A stretch of 64,000 bases of DNA from Patescibacteria group bacterium (lineage in GTDB: Bacteria; Patescibacteriota; Patescibacteriia; UBA9934; GWF2-40-263), in contig JBBTRQ010000011.1 in the NCBI GenBank assembly GCA_038065075.1, positions 5,924 to 69,923 on the forward strand, in the 5' to 3' direction. The notes beneath the pieces were generated by a model, which was not told the DNA's origin, searched no databases, and saw only the letters and a list, made by a program, of their open reading frames with translations. Below, piece after piece: positions 38,099 through 48,439 of this stretch. A program made the translations under genes and the position numbers. Position 1 is the first letter of the stretch. The number at the start of each line of letters is the position of its first letter.

Positions 38099-39076
38099 TC
38101 AGATGATTTTGTTCACTCGCACACGTTCGCGCCACCTTACAAACGTCTTACTCAGCCAAGGAATACACATCTTCATGAGCACACGCATCGGGATACTATT
38201 CGCAATATACTTATAGAGAAATGCATCTCGATCATGCTGTCGTTTGTAGTTTTGAATGATTTTTTGGATGGTTTCGTGGTTGTCAGTTTGTGTCAATGTG
38301 TGTGGTTCAGTCATGCGGGCGAGGACGCAGATGCCTCGCGGAACGTGCCCTTGTGCCACGACGCGGAATCCGTGCTTAGCCAGAAGTCGGGTCAGAGACG
38401 TCTGGGAGAACGTATAGAGATGGGGTGCGGCAAAGTACGACGTATAGAACGCACTTTTGGGATGATAGATATCGGGAACTTCAACATAGAGATATCCGTC
38501 TGGACGCAGTACTTCGCGGATATCGGTGAGGATCTCTCCGGGATTTTCCAGGTGCTCGAGCGTGTGCAGGAGCGTGACCAGGTTAAACGTCTGGTCAGGA
38601 AAGGTGCCTTTTTGAAACAGTTGTATATGGATTTGTTCAAGATCGTAGTGCTTGCGCGCGATGTCGCTCATGTTCTTGGAGGGCTCTACGCCATGTCCTT
38701 CCCAACCCGCTTGGACAAAGAGTGACAGAAACGCACCGGTGTTACTTCCAATGTCGAGGACAGTGAATCCTGGCGATGGCTGTCGCACGGGAATCTGCCC
38801 GGCGATCCAATTAAATGACTGCGAGGCGTACTCATCCTTTTTCTGAATATATTTATCTGAGACGTTCTGCTCCGCGCGGTCGTAGTAATCGCGTGAATAC
38901 AGCGATTCGATTTCGTGCGATTCCAACTTCGGGTTTTGATACACAAATCCACAGTTCGTACAGATGTCGTAACATGTGTGTGTTGACCCGATCCGTTTTC
39001 CGAATGGGTCTTGGGTGTTCGTAAGAAGTCTCTCGCGCTGAGATCCCTCGCACAGTAAGCAAGTAACGTGTTTCAT
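38099..39076 (-). CDS. Class I SAM methyltransferase (CxxC)
   Basis: CLLC..CTNC, VLDIGSNTG, HTLEHL, VEVPD. Confidence 0.85.
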   Translation of the reverse strand: MKHVTCLLCEGSQRERLLTNTQDPFGKRIGSTHTCYDICTNCGFVYQNPKLESHEIESLYSRDYYDRAEQNVSDKYIQKKDEYASQSFNWIAGQIPVRQPSPGFTVLDIGSNTGAFLSLFVQAGWEGHGVEPSKNMSDIARKHYDLEQIHIQLFQKGTFPDQTFNLVTLLHTLEHLENPGEILTDIREVLRPDGYLYVEVPDIYHPKSAFYTSYFAAPHLYTFSQTSLTRLLAKHGFRVVAQGHVPRGICVLARMTEPHTLTQTDNHETIQKIIQNYKRQHDRDAFLYKYIANSIPMRVLMKMCIPWLSKTFVRWRERVRVNKII

Positions 39077-40035
39077 AGCTCAGTTTTTGCGATTACATGC
39101 AGGTTATCCCCATAGCCAATCCAGTCGAGCAGACGGACGAGCGGTTTGAGGAGGAGATTAAGAAGGTGATGGCGACGAAGGCGACCATCCACGAGGGGAA
39201 CATGTAGGGCGTCACGCAGAAAATATTCGATGGATCCTGTCCAACCTTTCGTACTCGAGGCGGTGTAGAGATCGAGAACCTCGAAACCTTCTTCTTGAAG
39301 GAGTGTTCGCAAGGTGGAAGGGGAGAAGAGGAGGTTGTGGCGCGGAGCATCAAGGTTAAACCAGAAACTGCGAAATACTTGCGCAACCACACTCTGATTG
39401 GTTGGCATGTTTAGATACAGGATACCACCCTGTGTAAGAGCCTGTCGGGCATCTCGTAAGATTTGTCGTGGGTCCGTCAGATGTTCGAAGACTTGGTTGA
39501 GGACCACAACATCGAACGTCGGCTCCTTCCATTGCTCAGCAATCGAGAATCCTTGTCGAACATCCAGTCCCCAGCTGCGACTTTGTTCCACCATGGATTG
39601 ACTCGGCTCAAGACCAGAGACGTTCCAACCCAAGTGTTGTTGAGTGAGTAGAAATGTTCCCGCTCCACTCCCAACGTCGAGGAGCCGTTTCCCGTGCCCG
39701 AGCATTTTGAATGGCGTGTGACGGAAGAAGCCTGTTCGGCGGAACAGGCGGGAGAAGAACGAAGGATTTTGTTCCCAAGCACGCTCGCGTTCCTGCATGA
39801 GTCGAAGACGACGTGCGGTGTCCGATGGAACGCGTGGACGCTCCGCGACATGGGAGAGATACTGTGCGTCGTAGTGTTGGTCGTACGACTGAGAAGTTGT
39901 TTGCGGATGAAGGAAGGTGAGGCCGCACGTCAAACAACGATAATAGGCGTGGTGATCCAGAGGCTTGTTTCGCAGGCGGTCCTGGCAGGAGATCCATCGA
40001 CGCGCATTGGGGCTTTGGCAGGAAGGACAGATCAT
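39073..40035 (-). CDS. Class I SAM methyltransferase (CxxC)
   Basis: CPSC..CLTC, LLDVGSGAG, QVFEHL, DAPRH. Confidence 0.85.
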   Translation of the reverse strand: MICPSCQSPNARRWISCQDRLRNKPLDHHAYYRCLTCGLTFLHPQTTSQSYDQHYDAQYLSHVAERPRVPSDTARRLRLMQERERAWEQNPSFFSRLFRRTGFFRHTPFKMLGHGKRLLDVGSGAGTFLLTQQHLGWNVSGLEPSQSMVEQSRSWGLDVRQGFSIAEQWKEPTFDVVVLNQVFEHLTDPRQILRDARQALTQGGILYLNMPTNQSVVAQVFRSFWFNLDAPRHNLLFSPSTLRTLLQEEGFEVLDLYTASSTKGWTGSIEYFLRDALHVPLVDGRLRRHHLLNLLLKPLVRLLDWIGYGDNLHVIAKTEL

Positions 40036-41543
40036 AGGGATGTGCCGATCTCTTCCAAGGTGCTTGTCACCAAATGGACAGGATCGCTAGGGAGATTCAT
40101 GTAGTCTTTTAAGAAGGATTCCGCCTGTGCCGCGAGTTGATTGAGTACGGATGTTTGTGTGCTGGCTTCGAGTGTGTCGACGAGTTCGGAAATGGTATGA
40201 GCTCCAAGCCCGGCGCCTTGCGTGACCATTTCCATGTCCTGAATGCCATCGATGTTCAAAAGGATAACAGGAGTTTTCAAACGTGTCGCCTCTACGTGCA
40301 AGGTGGAGGAAGAGGTCACGAGGACCTCGCTCACTTGGATGAGATCGTACACGGTTTCTTTTGCTGAACGGATGAACACGTGTTCGTTTTCCTTGAGTCC
40401 AACCTGCGCAAGGAGTGCCTGATAAAAACCTGGAGTCGTATATGGACTCTTGGCTGGGTGAGGGGTGATGACGAGTTTGGTAGTCGGATGTTTTGCTTGG
40501 TGTTGGATAAATGCTTCAAGCATCATCCGCGCGAGAGCGGAATTTTTTTCACGGTCGAAATGCTGTCCAGAAAACAAGATGAACCCTCCTTCGGGAAGGG
40601 AGAAGCGCGAGCGAATTTCCTCCGGGCTCAAAGCAAGTGTGGGGTTGATCGAAGAAAGAGCAGGAGATCCCGTGACCCAGATGCGTTCCGGTTGTACTTT
40701 GTGCGCGAGGAAGTAACGTTTCGCGGCCTCGCCCCAGACGCATAGCCGGGAGGCAATCGAAGGTGTATTGACGACGAGATTTTTGACGGTCTCATTGGTG
40801 ACGCCGTGTTGGATCAGAATGGTTGGGATCTGACGCATGTTCGCCCGGGTGAACACACATCGTTCCATCGGGTGCATTTCCGTGGCGGATACAATGACTT
40901 GTTTCTGGTGGAGTCGGGTTCGCAATCGGGCGTTCAATGCGAGAAAGCGTGGAGCATGGAAGAAGAGGGTCGAGAGAGATAGGAGAATGTCTGCTCGCTG
41001 AGGAGAAACAAGCAAAGGCACGCTCGTTCGCCAGAGCATGGAAGCAAGCCGAATAATCTCGGAGAGATTGAGATGTGCTTGCCCGATATTTTCACATCGC
41101 CACGATGGGTACTGCGCGTGCAAGGCGACTCGTGCAGCTTCATCGAATGTCCAAATGGTAATGGTTTCCCCGCGGGTGTGCAGAGCTTCCATTACAGGCT
41201 GGAGGTGTTTGGCGATGGCTCCGTGGGGGACGGATTTTGCCATCAAAAAAACGTACTCACGGCCAGGAGGTTGTGGGGATTCCGCTTCGCGCGATCCCCA
41301 CAAACGCACACAGGCTTCGGTGCAGGAGATCATTGCTCGCAGGAGTGTTCCCCACGAGCCAGTCTGTTTATCATCGTCTTGCTTAGACAAAAAAACCGGC
41401 AGTCTCAGCAGGTGTCCAAAAGAGATGCCGTCGATGTCGGTGAGGTCCTTTCCGTCCGAGAGAAACCAGTGGTCCGCGAACTCACGACTCCTGGAGTCGC
41501 TCGCGTGTCGGGCGGATGCGTCAAAGGAGTTCGTGGCAGACAT
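40032..41543 (-). CDS. Putative GT-B ulosonate (sialyl/Kdo-like) transferase or capsule biosynthesis protein
   Basis: IQHG, CVWGE, VTGSP, TPHP, SSST..EA...PVI; follows the cytidylyltransferase. Confidence 0.55.
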   Translation of the reverse strand: MSATNSFDASARHASDSRSREFADHWFLSDGKDLTDIDGISFGHLLRLPVFLSKQDDDKQTGSWGTLLRAMISCTEACVRLWGSREAESPQPPGREYVFLMAKSVPHGAIAKHLQPVMEALHTRGETITIWTFDEAARVALHAQYPSWRCENIGQAHLNLSEIIRLASMLWRTSVPLLVSPQRADILLSLSTLFFHAPRFLALNARLRTRLHQKQVIVSATEMHPMERCVFTRANMRQIPTILIQHGVTNETVKNLVVNTPSIASRLCVWGEAAKRYFLAHKVQPERIWVTGSPALSSINPTLALSPEEIRSRFSLPEGGFILFSGQHFDREKNSALARMMLEAFIQHQAKHPTTKLVITPHPAKSPYTTPGFYQALLAQVGLKENEHVFIRSAKETVYDLIQVSEVLVTSSSTLHVEATRLKTPVILLNIDGIQDMEMVTQGAGLGAHTISELVDTLEASTQTSVLNQLAAQAESFLKDYMNLPSDPVHLVTSTLEEIGTSL

Positions 41544-41548
41544 AGTGC

Positions 41549-42250
41549 TTAGGGATGGATGTATCGATCACTCCACTCAGACAAGATGAGCTCCGCCAAT
41601 CGGAGTTCGTCGCGGGTATGGATATCGACCGTCATGTTGAGGTCGTCGAATTCATGAATCAAGATGTTTGGACCGAGGCGCTCGCCGCGAGCCATGAATG
41701 CGGCTCGTGTGCAGGTGATAAGACCACTATAGCAGATGTAGATTTGGTCGGGTTTGAGTTGTCGAACCGTGAATCCACTGTCGAGACGCTCCAAACCATG
41801 TTCGGTTTTTTTCCAAACAGACTTGTGTTCGTGCACACCGCTGATGACCGAGTCATATCCGCCTTCGAGCATCGCCGTGAGAGCCTCGTCCAAAAAAGTT
41901 GGTGGGCGCACGGGGCGGGTTGGGTCGACAAAACAAATGTACTCGACAGAAGGATCTTGCTCCAAGAGCCAGGTGGTCATGTAGGCGAACGTGTCTTCAA
42001 GTCGGGTGTGGTCTTCTACAAGATGTTCAGGCAAGAGGAAGGGGACTTCGGCGCCGTAGGTAGTCGCCACGTCGGCGATCTGTTGGTCATCGGTCGCCAT
42101 CAGAACACGTCCGATGTGTTTGGATTGTTTTGCTGCCTCAATCGCATACGCCATGAGCGGGTGGCCGTTTACGGGTTGGAGATTTTTTTTGGGAAGGCCC
42201 TTGGACCCCCCTCGTGCGGGAATGATGGCAACGATGTTTGGCATACTCAT
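41549..42250 (-). CDS. Acylneuraminate cytidylyltransferase (NeuA/KdsB family)
   Basis: AIIPARGGSKGLPKKN, ATDD, GAEVPF, PTRP.R, VDIHT. Confidence 0.9.
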   Translation of the reverse strand: MSMPNIVAIIPARGGSKGLPKKNLQPVNGHPLMAYAIEAAKQSKHIGRVLMATDDQQIADVATTYGAEVPFLLPEHLVEDHTRLEDTFAYMTTWLLEQDPSVEYICFVDPTRPVRPPTFLDEALTAMLEGGYDSVISGVHEHKSVWKKTEHGLERLDSGFTVRQLKPDQIYICYSGLITCTRAAFMARGERLGPNILIHEFDDLNMTVDIHTRDELRLAELILSEWSDRYIHP

Positions 42251-43656
42251 AGGCCGATCTCATGTCGTTTAAGAAAGAGGTGTTTGGCCACTTCTCGTTC
42301 TGAAGGTTCTTGAATGTCTAGGAGGAGCACGGTGTGATCCATCGGAATAACGGCGACAGACTCACCCAAGCGCGACCCAGCCAGAATGAAGGGAAGCTTG
42401 GTAATGCACCCAAGGCCGGTGTATCCCATCCAGAGGGGATCCTTTTCGGAACGCTTAATAAAGCCGCTGTCCTTTCGGACCAGTCTTCCTTGGTCCAGGG
42501 CCCAGATTGCTCGATACTCTTTTTTGGCGACGAAGACCGAGTCGGCTTTTTCAATGAGGGCTTTTTTTACCAGCTCGTTGAGAAGTTCTGCCGTACGGAA
42601 TACATGCGTTGCTTTCACGAACAGGACATGACTGGGTTCGAAGGAGGTTGTTTCTTGGATGTGCGTCACACTCGCTCGCAAGACTTCCTCCAGAGAGGCC
42701 GAGGGTCCATCGAAGGTTGGTGTTTGGTAGCGAAAGACCGAGAATCCAAACGTGCTTGCGAGGTCCATGGCCGCGGCGTGCTTGGTAGCAACAACGACAT
42801 GCGTGAGTAAGTTCGCCCGAGCGATCTCCCCAAACACATGATCCAAGAACGAGTGATCTAAGCCAAGAGGTTTCTCCAGGAGAAGTTCCGCGTCCGCATC
42901 AGAAAGTGGCACGACGGTCAGAATACGCTGGACTCCATCGGAGGCAAGCTGTCGATCTAGGGCGTCAACACTTATTCCTGTCGGCTCAAGTTGTTCTAAG
43001 ATCGTGACGGTGGTTTGTGCGCGACTCGTGTTGCCATATTGGTGAATGCCATGATGGTGATAGACCCGAGCCTCTGGTTCGTACACGACAACGTACCCTG
43101 CTTCCTGAACGGCTTTCGTCCAGATGCGGTCTTCGATATTGGTCGCCTCCTCGTCAAAAGGAATTCGATCCCAGATATCTCGACGGATGATCGAGTTTGC
43201 GTTGTGAAAAAAGCTATCTTTGCGCTGGATTTTTTTCTCCGGTCCAAACGTAATAATGAGGTCGCGCTTATCAAACGGCGAGGACTCTGGGAGGGGAAGC
43301 TGGCGGCCGTAGACTCCAGCGATCTGTGGGTCCTCCGAGATGGTGCGAACCAATGTCTCAAGCCAAATGGAGTCTGTGGGTACGGCGTGCGCGGAAAGAA
43401 GGACGAGTAGTTCGCCATGGGAGGCACGGATTCCCGCGTTTAACGAAGCTCCCGGGCGATAGGGAGAAGCGTCGTATGGAAGAATTGTGCACGGAAAATT
43501 TTTGACGAGCTCGAGGGTCCGATCTGTGGAGCCGGAGTCAACGACAAGAATCTCGTAGTTTCGATACGTCTGGGATTCAATCGCACTTAACGTACGTGCC
43601 ACCCAGTCTTCCTCGTTTTTTGTTCGGATGATGATCGAAACCAGAGGTTGGCTCAT
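42247..43656 (-). CDS. GT2 glycosyltransferase fused to a degenerate cytidylyltransferase-like domain
   Basis: [32 protein letters not shown]; C-terminal half resembles the adjacent NeuA-like protein. Confidence 0.8.
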   Translation of the reverse strand: MSQPLVSIIIRTKNEEDWVARTLSAIESQTYRNYEILVVDSGSTDRTLELVKNFPCTILPYDASPYRPGASLNAGIRASHGELLVLLSAHAVPTDSIWLETLVRTISEDPQIAGVYGRQLPLPESSPFDKRDLIITFGPEKKIQRKDSFFHNANSIIRRDIWDRIPFDEEATNIEDRIWTKAVQEAGYVVVYEPEARVYHHHGIHQYGNTSRAQTTVTILEQLEPTGISVDALDRQLASDGVQRILTVVPLSDADAELLLEKPLGLDHSFLDHVFGEIARANLLTHVVVATKHAAAMDLASTFGFSVFRYQTPTFDGPSASLEEVLRASVTHIQETTSFEPSHVLFVKATHVFRTAELLNELVKKALIEKADSVFVAKKEYRAIWALDQGRLVRKDSGFIKRSEKDPLWMGYTGLGCITKLPFILAGSRLGESVAVIPMDHTVLLLDIQEPSEREVAKHLFLKRHEIGL

Positions 43657-44579
43657 AGCGTTCTTCCAACGGCTGGGGCGATGGTTCGAAGATCAGTCAT
43701 CAACTGACCGAACATCTCGAAGTTGAGAGCTTGGAGCGGATCAACCCAGGCATGTTCTGGATCCGGGTGGACGTCGATCAGGAGGCCATCCGCTCCGGCG
43801 GCAATGGCGGCTCGACTCATGGCGCAGACATAGGAACGCTTGAAGGTTGAATGGCTTGGATCGGCAATAACCGGAATGGTTGGAGCGTACTCATTGAGCG
43901 CCACAATGGCCTGGATGTCCAAGATCGCTCGTGAGGAGACATTGTGCGTATGAGGAACCGCCACGCCGCGCTCGCAGATGACGAGGTTCTTTTTTCCACG
44001 AGCATAAAAATGTTCCACCATGCCAAGAAGGCTGCGAATGGATTCGCCGGCGTGGCGTTTGAGCAAAACCGGTTTGTCGCTTTCACACAGTCGGTAAAGG
44101 AGATCCATGTTAAACATGGATCGATAACCAACTTGGTACATGTCGGCGTACGGCTCCATGAGATCGATCGCTTCGGCAAAAGTTGGTTCTGAGACGATGG
44201 GAAGCCCGACGGATTTTCCAGCCTCGGCGAAATAGACAAATCGAGGTTCGGCCCGCTCAAGAACTTCCTTTTTGGAGAGGATGCGGGTTCGAGGCAAATC
44301 TTCACCGCCACTTCCTGCGTCAGAAAGGAGGAGGGGATCGCCGTAGGGGAAGGTGAGTGGTTTGAAGACGCCTCCGCGCAGGAGCGTGGCACCGGCAGCT
44401 TTCACCGCCTGAGCAATCGCGAAAACTTGGTCGCGACTTTCCACCGTGCAAGGACCGGCCATGACGCTTAGCGTCTTTCCACCCACTTCGGTATTTCCGA
44501 CTTGCACCGGACGTTTCTCACCCGCGACACTGCACAGGGGGATGTTATTTTTCAGGTCATTCTCACTCAAGTCTTTCAT
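43653..44579 (-). CDS. Divergent type I-beta DAHP/KDO8P-synthase-family PEP aldolase
   Basis: [44 protein letters not shown]. Confidence 0.88.
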   Translation of the reverse strand: MKDLSENDLKNNIPLCSVAGEKRPVQVGNTEVGGKTLSVMAGPCTVESRDQVFAIAQAVKAAGATLLRGGVFKPLTFPYGDPLLLSDAGSGGEDLPRTRILSKKEVLERAEPRFVYFAEAGKSVGLPIVSEPTFAEAIDLMEPYADMYQVGYRSMFNMDLLYRLCESDKPVLLKRHAGESIRSLLGMVEHFYARGKKNLVICERGVAVPHTHNVSSRAILDIQAIVALNEYAPTIPVIADPSHSTFKRSYVCAMSRAAIAAGADGLLIDVHPDPEHAWVDPLQALNFEMFGQLMTDLRTIAPAVGRTL

Positions 44580-45493
44580 AGGAGTTGTGAGGCGGTTTGC
44601 ATGAGGGAGTTAATCGTTTGGGAAGTCGGGATTCCTATACCTTGAAGCGTTTTTTCAAAAGCCATGACAGCTTGTTCGAGGTTCATTTCTTTTCCATTGA
44701 GGGTTTGTGCGCCGTGCGCTCGCGCGAGTCGCAACAAAGGTGTCTCTGGCGGTTGGTAGATGAGATCGAACACCCAGGTGTCTGGTTGCAGACGGCTCAT
44801 CGTCAAGCTTTCGATCGGGGAAAGGTCTTCTTGTCCGGATCCTTGGAAGCCCATGGTGGTCGCGTTCACGATGATGTCTGCCTGTGTGAGGGTCTCTTCT
44901 TGAATCGGCCATGTGACAACGGTCGTCGGACAAAGCTTCGAGGATTTTTGGGCAAAGACGTTGGCGGTTTCCTGCGTTCGATTCGCTACGAGGAGTGTGC
45001 CTGCAGATCCAAGCGCGCGAGCTAGATAGATCCCAACGGCTTGCCCAGCTCCTCCCAGACCCAGGAGCAGAACGGTCTTTCCCGCGAGGGAACCCACGTG
45101 GGACTCAAGACTTTTGATGGCGGCGGCCCCGTCCGTGTTGGCGCCGACGAGCTTTCCATCTTTGCGGTAGAGGGCATTCACCGCACCGATCAGACGCGCT
45201 TCTTCTTCCATGTCGTCCAGATAGGGGAGGATAGCTTGTTTATGGGGAGTGGTTATCGCGCCGCCGATGAAGCGAGGATCCCGTTTGAGTTCTGCCACGA
45301 TCTCGGACAAATCTTCTGAGTTCACGTCCATAGGATGCATGCGTGCGCTGACCCCGAGTCCTTCAAACGCGGCATTCCACAGTTTCGGTGAGCGTGCCCC
45401 CTGCGATGGTCGAGCGCCTAAAATGGCGGCATACAGCGCCGTGGCGTCCAACAAGAGGGACTCTCGATTTTGTACGCCGGAGAGGTTCATCAT
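44576..45493 (-). CDS. Shikimate-dehydrogenase-family (AroE-like) oxidoreductase
   Basis: [40 protein letters not shown]. Confidence 0.88.
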   Translation of the reverse strand: MMNLSGVQNRESLLLDATALYAAILGARPSQGARSPKLWNAAFEGLGVSARMHPMDVNSEDLSEIVAELKRDPRFIGGAITTPHKQAILPYLDDMEEEARLIGAVNALYRKDGKLVGANTDGAAAIKSLESHVGSLAGKTVLLLGLGGAGQAVGIYLARALGSAGTLLVANRTQETANVFAQKSSKLCPTTVVTWPIQEETLTQADIIVNATTMGFQGSGQEDLSPIESLTMSRLQPDTWVFDLIYQPPETPLLRLARAHGAQTLNGKEMNLEQAVMAFEKTLQGIGIPTSQTINSLMQTASQLL

Positions 45494-45494
45494 A

Positions 45495-46556
45495 TTAGAG
45501 AGAACGATTTCCTAAACGAGAAGAACGTACATCCTCATTCACTTCAACCCAGCGATGTTCTTCCGTGCTCTTATAAAGGGCATGGACAATCCGAACACTC
45601 GCCAGCGCATCTTCCGCGCTGATGGGAGGATCGATACGGCCGTCATTGAGTCGGTTGAAAATTTCTTGAAGGAGTGGACCGTGAGAGAGGCCGTAGCCGG
45701 TCGGGACGTCTTGAGAATGTTGGGTGACAACGAGTTCATCACCTTCCTGTGACTCCGTGAATTGCCAGTGCACGATGTTGTTTAAGGCAATGCCGGCGAC
45801 TTGTGCAGATCCATGTTCGGCGACGATAGAGATCGAAGCCTCCTTATCCTCTGGTCGTGCCGCGGTCGTTACTTCAATCGTCCCGAGCCCGCCATTCTGG
45901 AATCGCACAAGCGCGACGGTTGTATCTTCTGCTTCAAGTTGGTTGAGGGCATTTTGTTGCGCGCTCACGACTTCTTGGATCGGACCACAAATCCACTGGA
46001 GGGCATCGATGTGATGGATGGCCTGCTGGCTAATGACGCCTCCGTCCATCGCCCACGTTCCGTGCCATCCATCTTGATAGTAGTCCTGGTAGCGGCACCA
46101 AATGAGTCGGATGCTTCCGAGGATAAGTTTTCCAAATCGTCCGGAATCCACAACCTCTTTGAGGTGAGCGATCGCGGGATTGAATCGATTCTGTTTTACC
46201 GCGGCGTACATGAGCCCCTTCTCTTTCGCTAGGGCGATGTTTTCCATGACTTCTTGCGCGATGAGGCCCACAGGTTTCTCGACGATGACATGCTTCCCAG
46301 CTTCAAGCGCCGCGCGCGCGTGCTGTGCGTGTTTACCTGACTCTGTCAGTACCAGAACAACGCTCACCTCTGGACTGGTGATGACCTCCTGTAGATCGTA
46401 CACCGCTCGAGCGCCCAGTCGCTTGGCCATGGTGTCAGCCTTTTCCTGAACGCGGTCACAGACCATAACAACGTTCACGCCATTCATTCCTCGCTCGAGG
46501 AATTGAGCGATGTGATTCGCGACGCGTCCGCATCCGAGAATACCTATCTGTTGCAT
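45495..46556 (-). CDS. Gfo/Idh/MocA oxidoreductase, WlbA/WbpB-like
   Basis: GILGCGRV, VEKP, QNRFNP, W.R.QDYY...W.GTW..DGG...QAIH.ID. Confidence 0.85.
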   Translation of the reverse strand: MQQIGILGCGRVANHIAQFLERGMNGVNVVMVCDRVQEKADTMAKRLGARAVYDLQEVITSPEVSVVLVLTESGKHAQHARAALEAGKHVIVEKPVGLIAQEVMENIALAKEKGLMYAAVKQNRFNPAIAHLKEVVDSGRFGKLILGSIRLIWCRYQDYYQDGWHGTWAMDGGVISQQAIHHIDALQWICGPIQEVVSAQQNALNQLEAEDTTVALVRFQNGGLGTIEVTTAARPEDKEASISIVAEHGSAQVAGIALNNIVHWQFTESQEGDELVVTQHSQDVPTGYGLSHGPLLQEIFNRLNDGRIDPPISAEDALASVRIVHALYKSTEEHRWVEVNEDVRSSRLGNRSL

Positions 46557-46601
46557 AGTTTCAATCAAGGGGAAGAACCCTTGTTTGCTTCGTCTCGCAA
46601 T

Positions 46602-46637
46602 AAAAAAGCAGGGTTATGTTGCCATAATCCCTGCTTT
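46602..46637 (-). terminator. Intrinsic terminator after ABC transporter
   Basis: Minus strand AAAGCAGGGATTATG-GCAA-CATAACCCTGCTTTTTT. Confidence 0.65.
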
Positions 46638-46656
46638 CGGTCAATGAAAACGCTGG

Positions 46657-48438
46657 TTATTCGATCGCGGCCATGCGCGAAAAATAGGAGTCAGGTTTAC
46701 GTAAGAGATCAGCTGGGGCGCCCTCCTCAACAATCTGACCATCGACAATAGCAAGAATACGATCGGCCATGCTGAGGGTGGAGAGTCGATGGGCCACCAT
46801 GATAATCGTTGTTGTTGATCCCTTCATGGACTCAATGACGCGCTTGAGCTGTTCTTGAGAGGCATTGTCCAGGGCGCTCGTTGCTTCATCCAGAATGAGG
46901 ACCTCGGGATGTTTTGCAAGGGCTCGTGCCAGAACAATGCGCTGGCGCTGACCCATGGAGAGGTTGATCCCTTGTTCTCCAACCTGGGCCTCCGATTGTT
47001 CGGGAAGGCGTGACACAAATTCATTTGCCTGAGCGAGATCAATCGCGCGCGCAACGTCTGCGGCCGTAACCGTTGGATCAAAGAAACGAATATTCTCCGT
47101 GATGGTTCCGTTCAGAAGGAAAAGATCCTGGGGGACATATCCCACGTTTTGCCTCCAGGCTTCTCGCGTAATTGTTCGGCTGTCCACGCCATCGACCAGA
47201 AGAGCCCCACGGGTTGGTGTGAGCAAACGAAGGAAGAGATTAATAAGCGTTGTTTTTCCAGATCCAGAGGGGCCGATGATGCCGAGCAACTCTCCCTTCT
47301 TCACAGAAAACGAAAGTCCACGCAGAGCGGCACCATTTTTTGGGTAGGAAAATTCGATCTGCTCGGCACGAATCTCTTTCTCAAAGAGAAACGTGTTCGT
47401 CCCATGATCCGTCGTGACGTGCTCCTGTGCGAGCTTCTGGGACGCGATACTGCTTTCCAGGTGAGGGAGAAGTTCACTCACTTTTTGGAGTTTCCCGAGA
47501 GTTCCTTCAATGTAAGAAAAGATTTGGTGAACGAGGTACACCATGACCGCAAAGACGCTGAATGTGAACCCAGGTTGTCGATACATGATTCCAAAAAGGG
47601 CTAACAAAAAAATGATCACGATGGGTTGGGCAAAAATTGTTCCAAGACCATGAAAGATATACAGCCGTCGCCGAGAGTGTTTCAAGGATTCAAAGAGATG
47701 GTTGGCTTGTTTCGTTAGTTCAGCAGGAACGGCACGTGTTTTAATCGACTTAATCCCAAGGAAAATTTGGTTTACAAAGTGACCAACGCGTTTGTTGTCT
47801 TCTGCAAAGCGACGCGCTGTTTTAGCCGTTTTCCGAAAGATCGGTTTGAACGTAAGAAAAAAGATGGCTCCCGCAATGAGAGCGATGAGGGTAATACGGG
47901 AAGAAATCGAAAAGGCGACAATAGAGTAGATACACAAGTTCGTGAGAGAGAGAATGAGCATGCTTACGACGCGCAGGAGGTTCGTTGCACCTGTGATATC
48001 AAGCGTCAGGGCTTTATCCAAGTATCCCATTTTTTCTCTCGAGAGAAACAGCCAGTCCGCGCCGAGCATCGAACCAAAGAGTCGCTCACGTTCTCGTCGT
48101 TCGTATTCGGAGGTGATTGAGGCACTGACGACCTGAAAGGCAAGCAAGACAAATGCTTTCAGAATGAACAGTCCGCCGATTAGGAAGAAAAGGATCCGCA
48201 AGGAAAGATCGGTCTGGAACAACTCGAAGAGGGAACGGACCGCTTCCATAATCAGACCACTTGTTTCCGGAACGTCTCCCAGAATGAATCCAAGAAATGG
48301 AATGAGGGCATTGATGCCGATTCCTTCCAAGACACCTCCGAGGAATCCAAGAGCAACCAATGCAGACAGCTCCCGTCGATAGGGACGGAACCCTCGGAGG
48401 ATGACGCGGATGAGATGAGGGGTCTTGAGGATGTTCAT
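46657..48438 (-). CDS. ABC transporter permease/ATPase fusion (PglK/MsbA-like glycan flippase)
   Basis: N-terminal TM domain; GPSGSGKTT, LSMGQRQR, ILDEATSALD, VAHRLST. Confidence 0.88.
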   Translation of the reverse strand: MNILKTPHLIRVILRGFRPYRRELSALVALGFLGGVLEGIGINALIPFLGFILGDVPETSGLIMEAVRSLFELFQTDLSLRILFFLIGGLFILKAFVLLAFQVVSASITSEYERRERERLFGSMLGADWLFLSREKMGYLDKALTLDITGATNLLRVVSMLILSLTNLCIYSIVAFSISSRITLIALIAGAIFFLTFKPIFRKTAKTARRFAEDNKRVGHFVNQIFLGIKSIKTRAVPAELTKQANHLFESLKHSRRRLYIFHGLGTIFAQPIVIIFLLALFGIMYRQPGFTFSVFAVMVYLVHQIFSYIEGTLGKLQKVSELLPHLESSIASQKLAQEHVTTDHGTNTFLFEKEIRAEQIEFSYPKNGAALRGLSFSVKKGELLGIIGPSGSGKTTLINLFLRLLTPTRGALLVDGVDSRTITREAWRQNVGYVPQDLFLLNGTITENIRFFDPTVTAADVARAIDLAQANEFVSRLPEQSEAQVGEQGINLSMGQRQRIVLARALAKHPEVLILDEATSALDNASQEQLKRVIESMKGSTTTIIMVAHRLSTLSMADRILAIVDGQIVEEGAPADLLRKPDSYFSRMAAIE

Positions 48439-48439
48439 A

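Noticed and set aside
43653-45493. Ordinary aromatic amino acid operon or canonical kdsA
   Set aside because: Other aro genes are absent from the window, neither the KPRTS nor the KANRS motif is present, and the context is glycan biosynthesis; gene symbols withheld.
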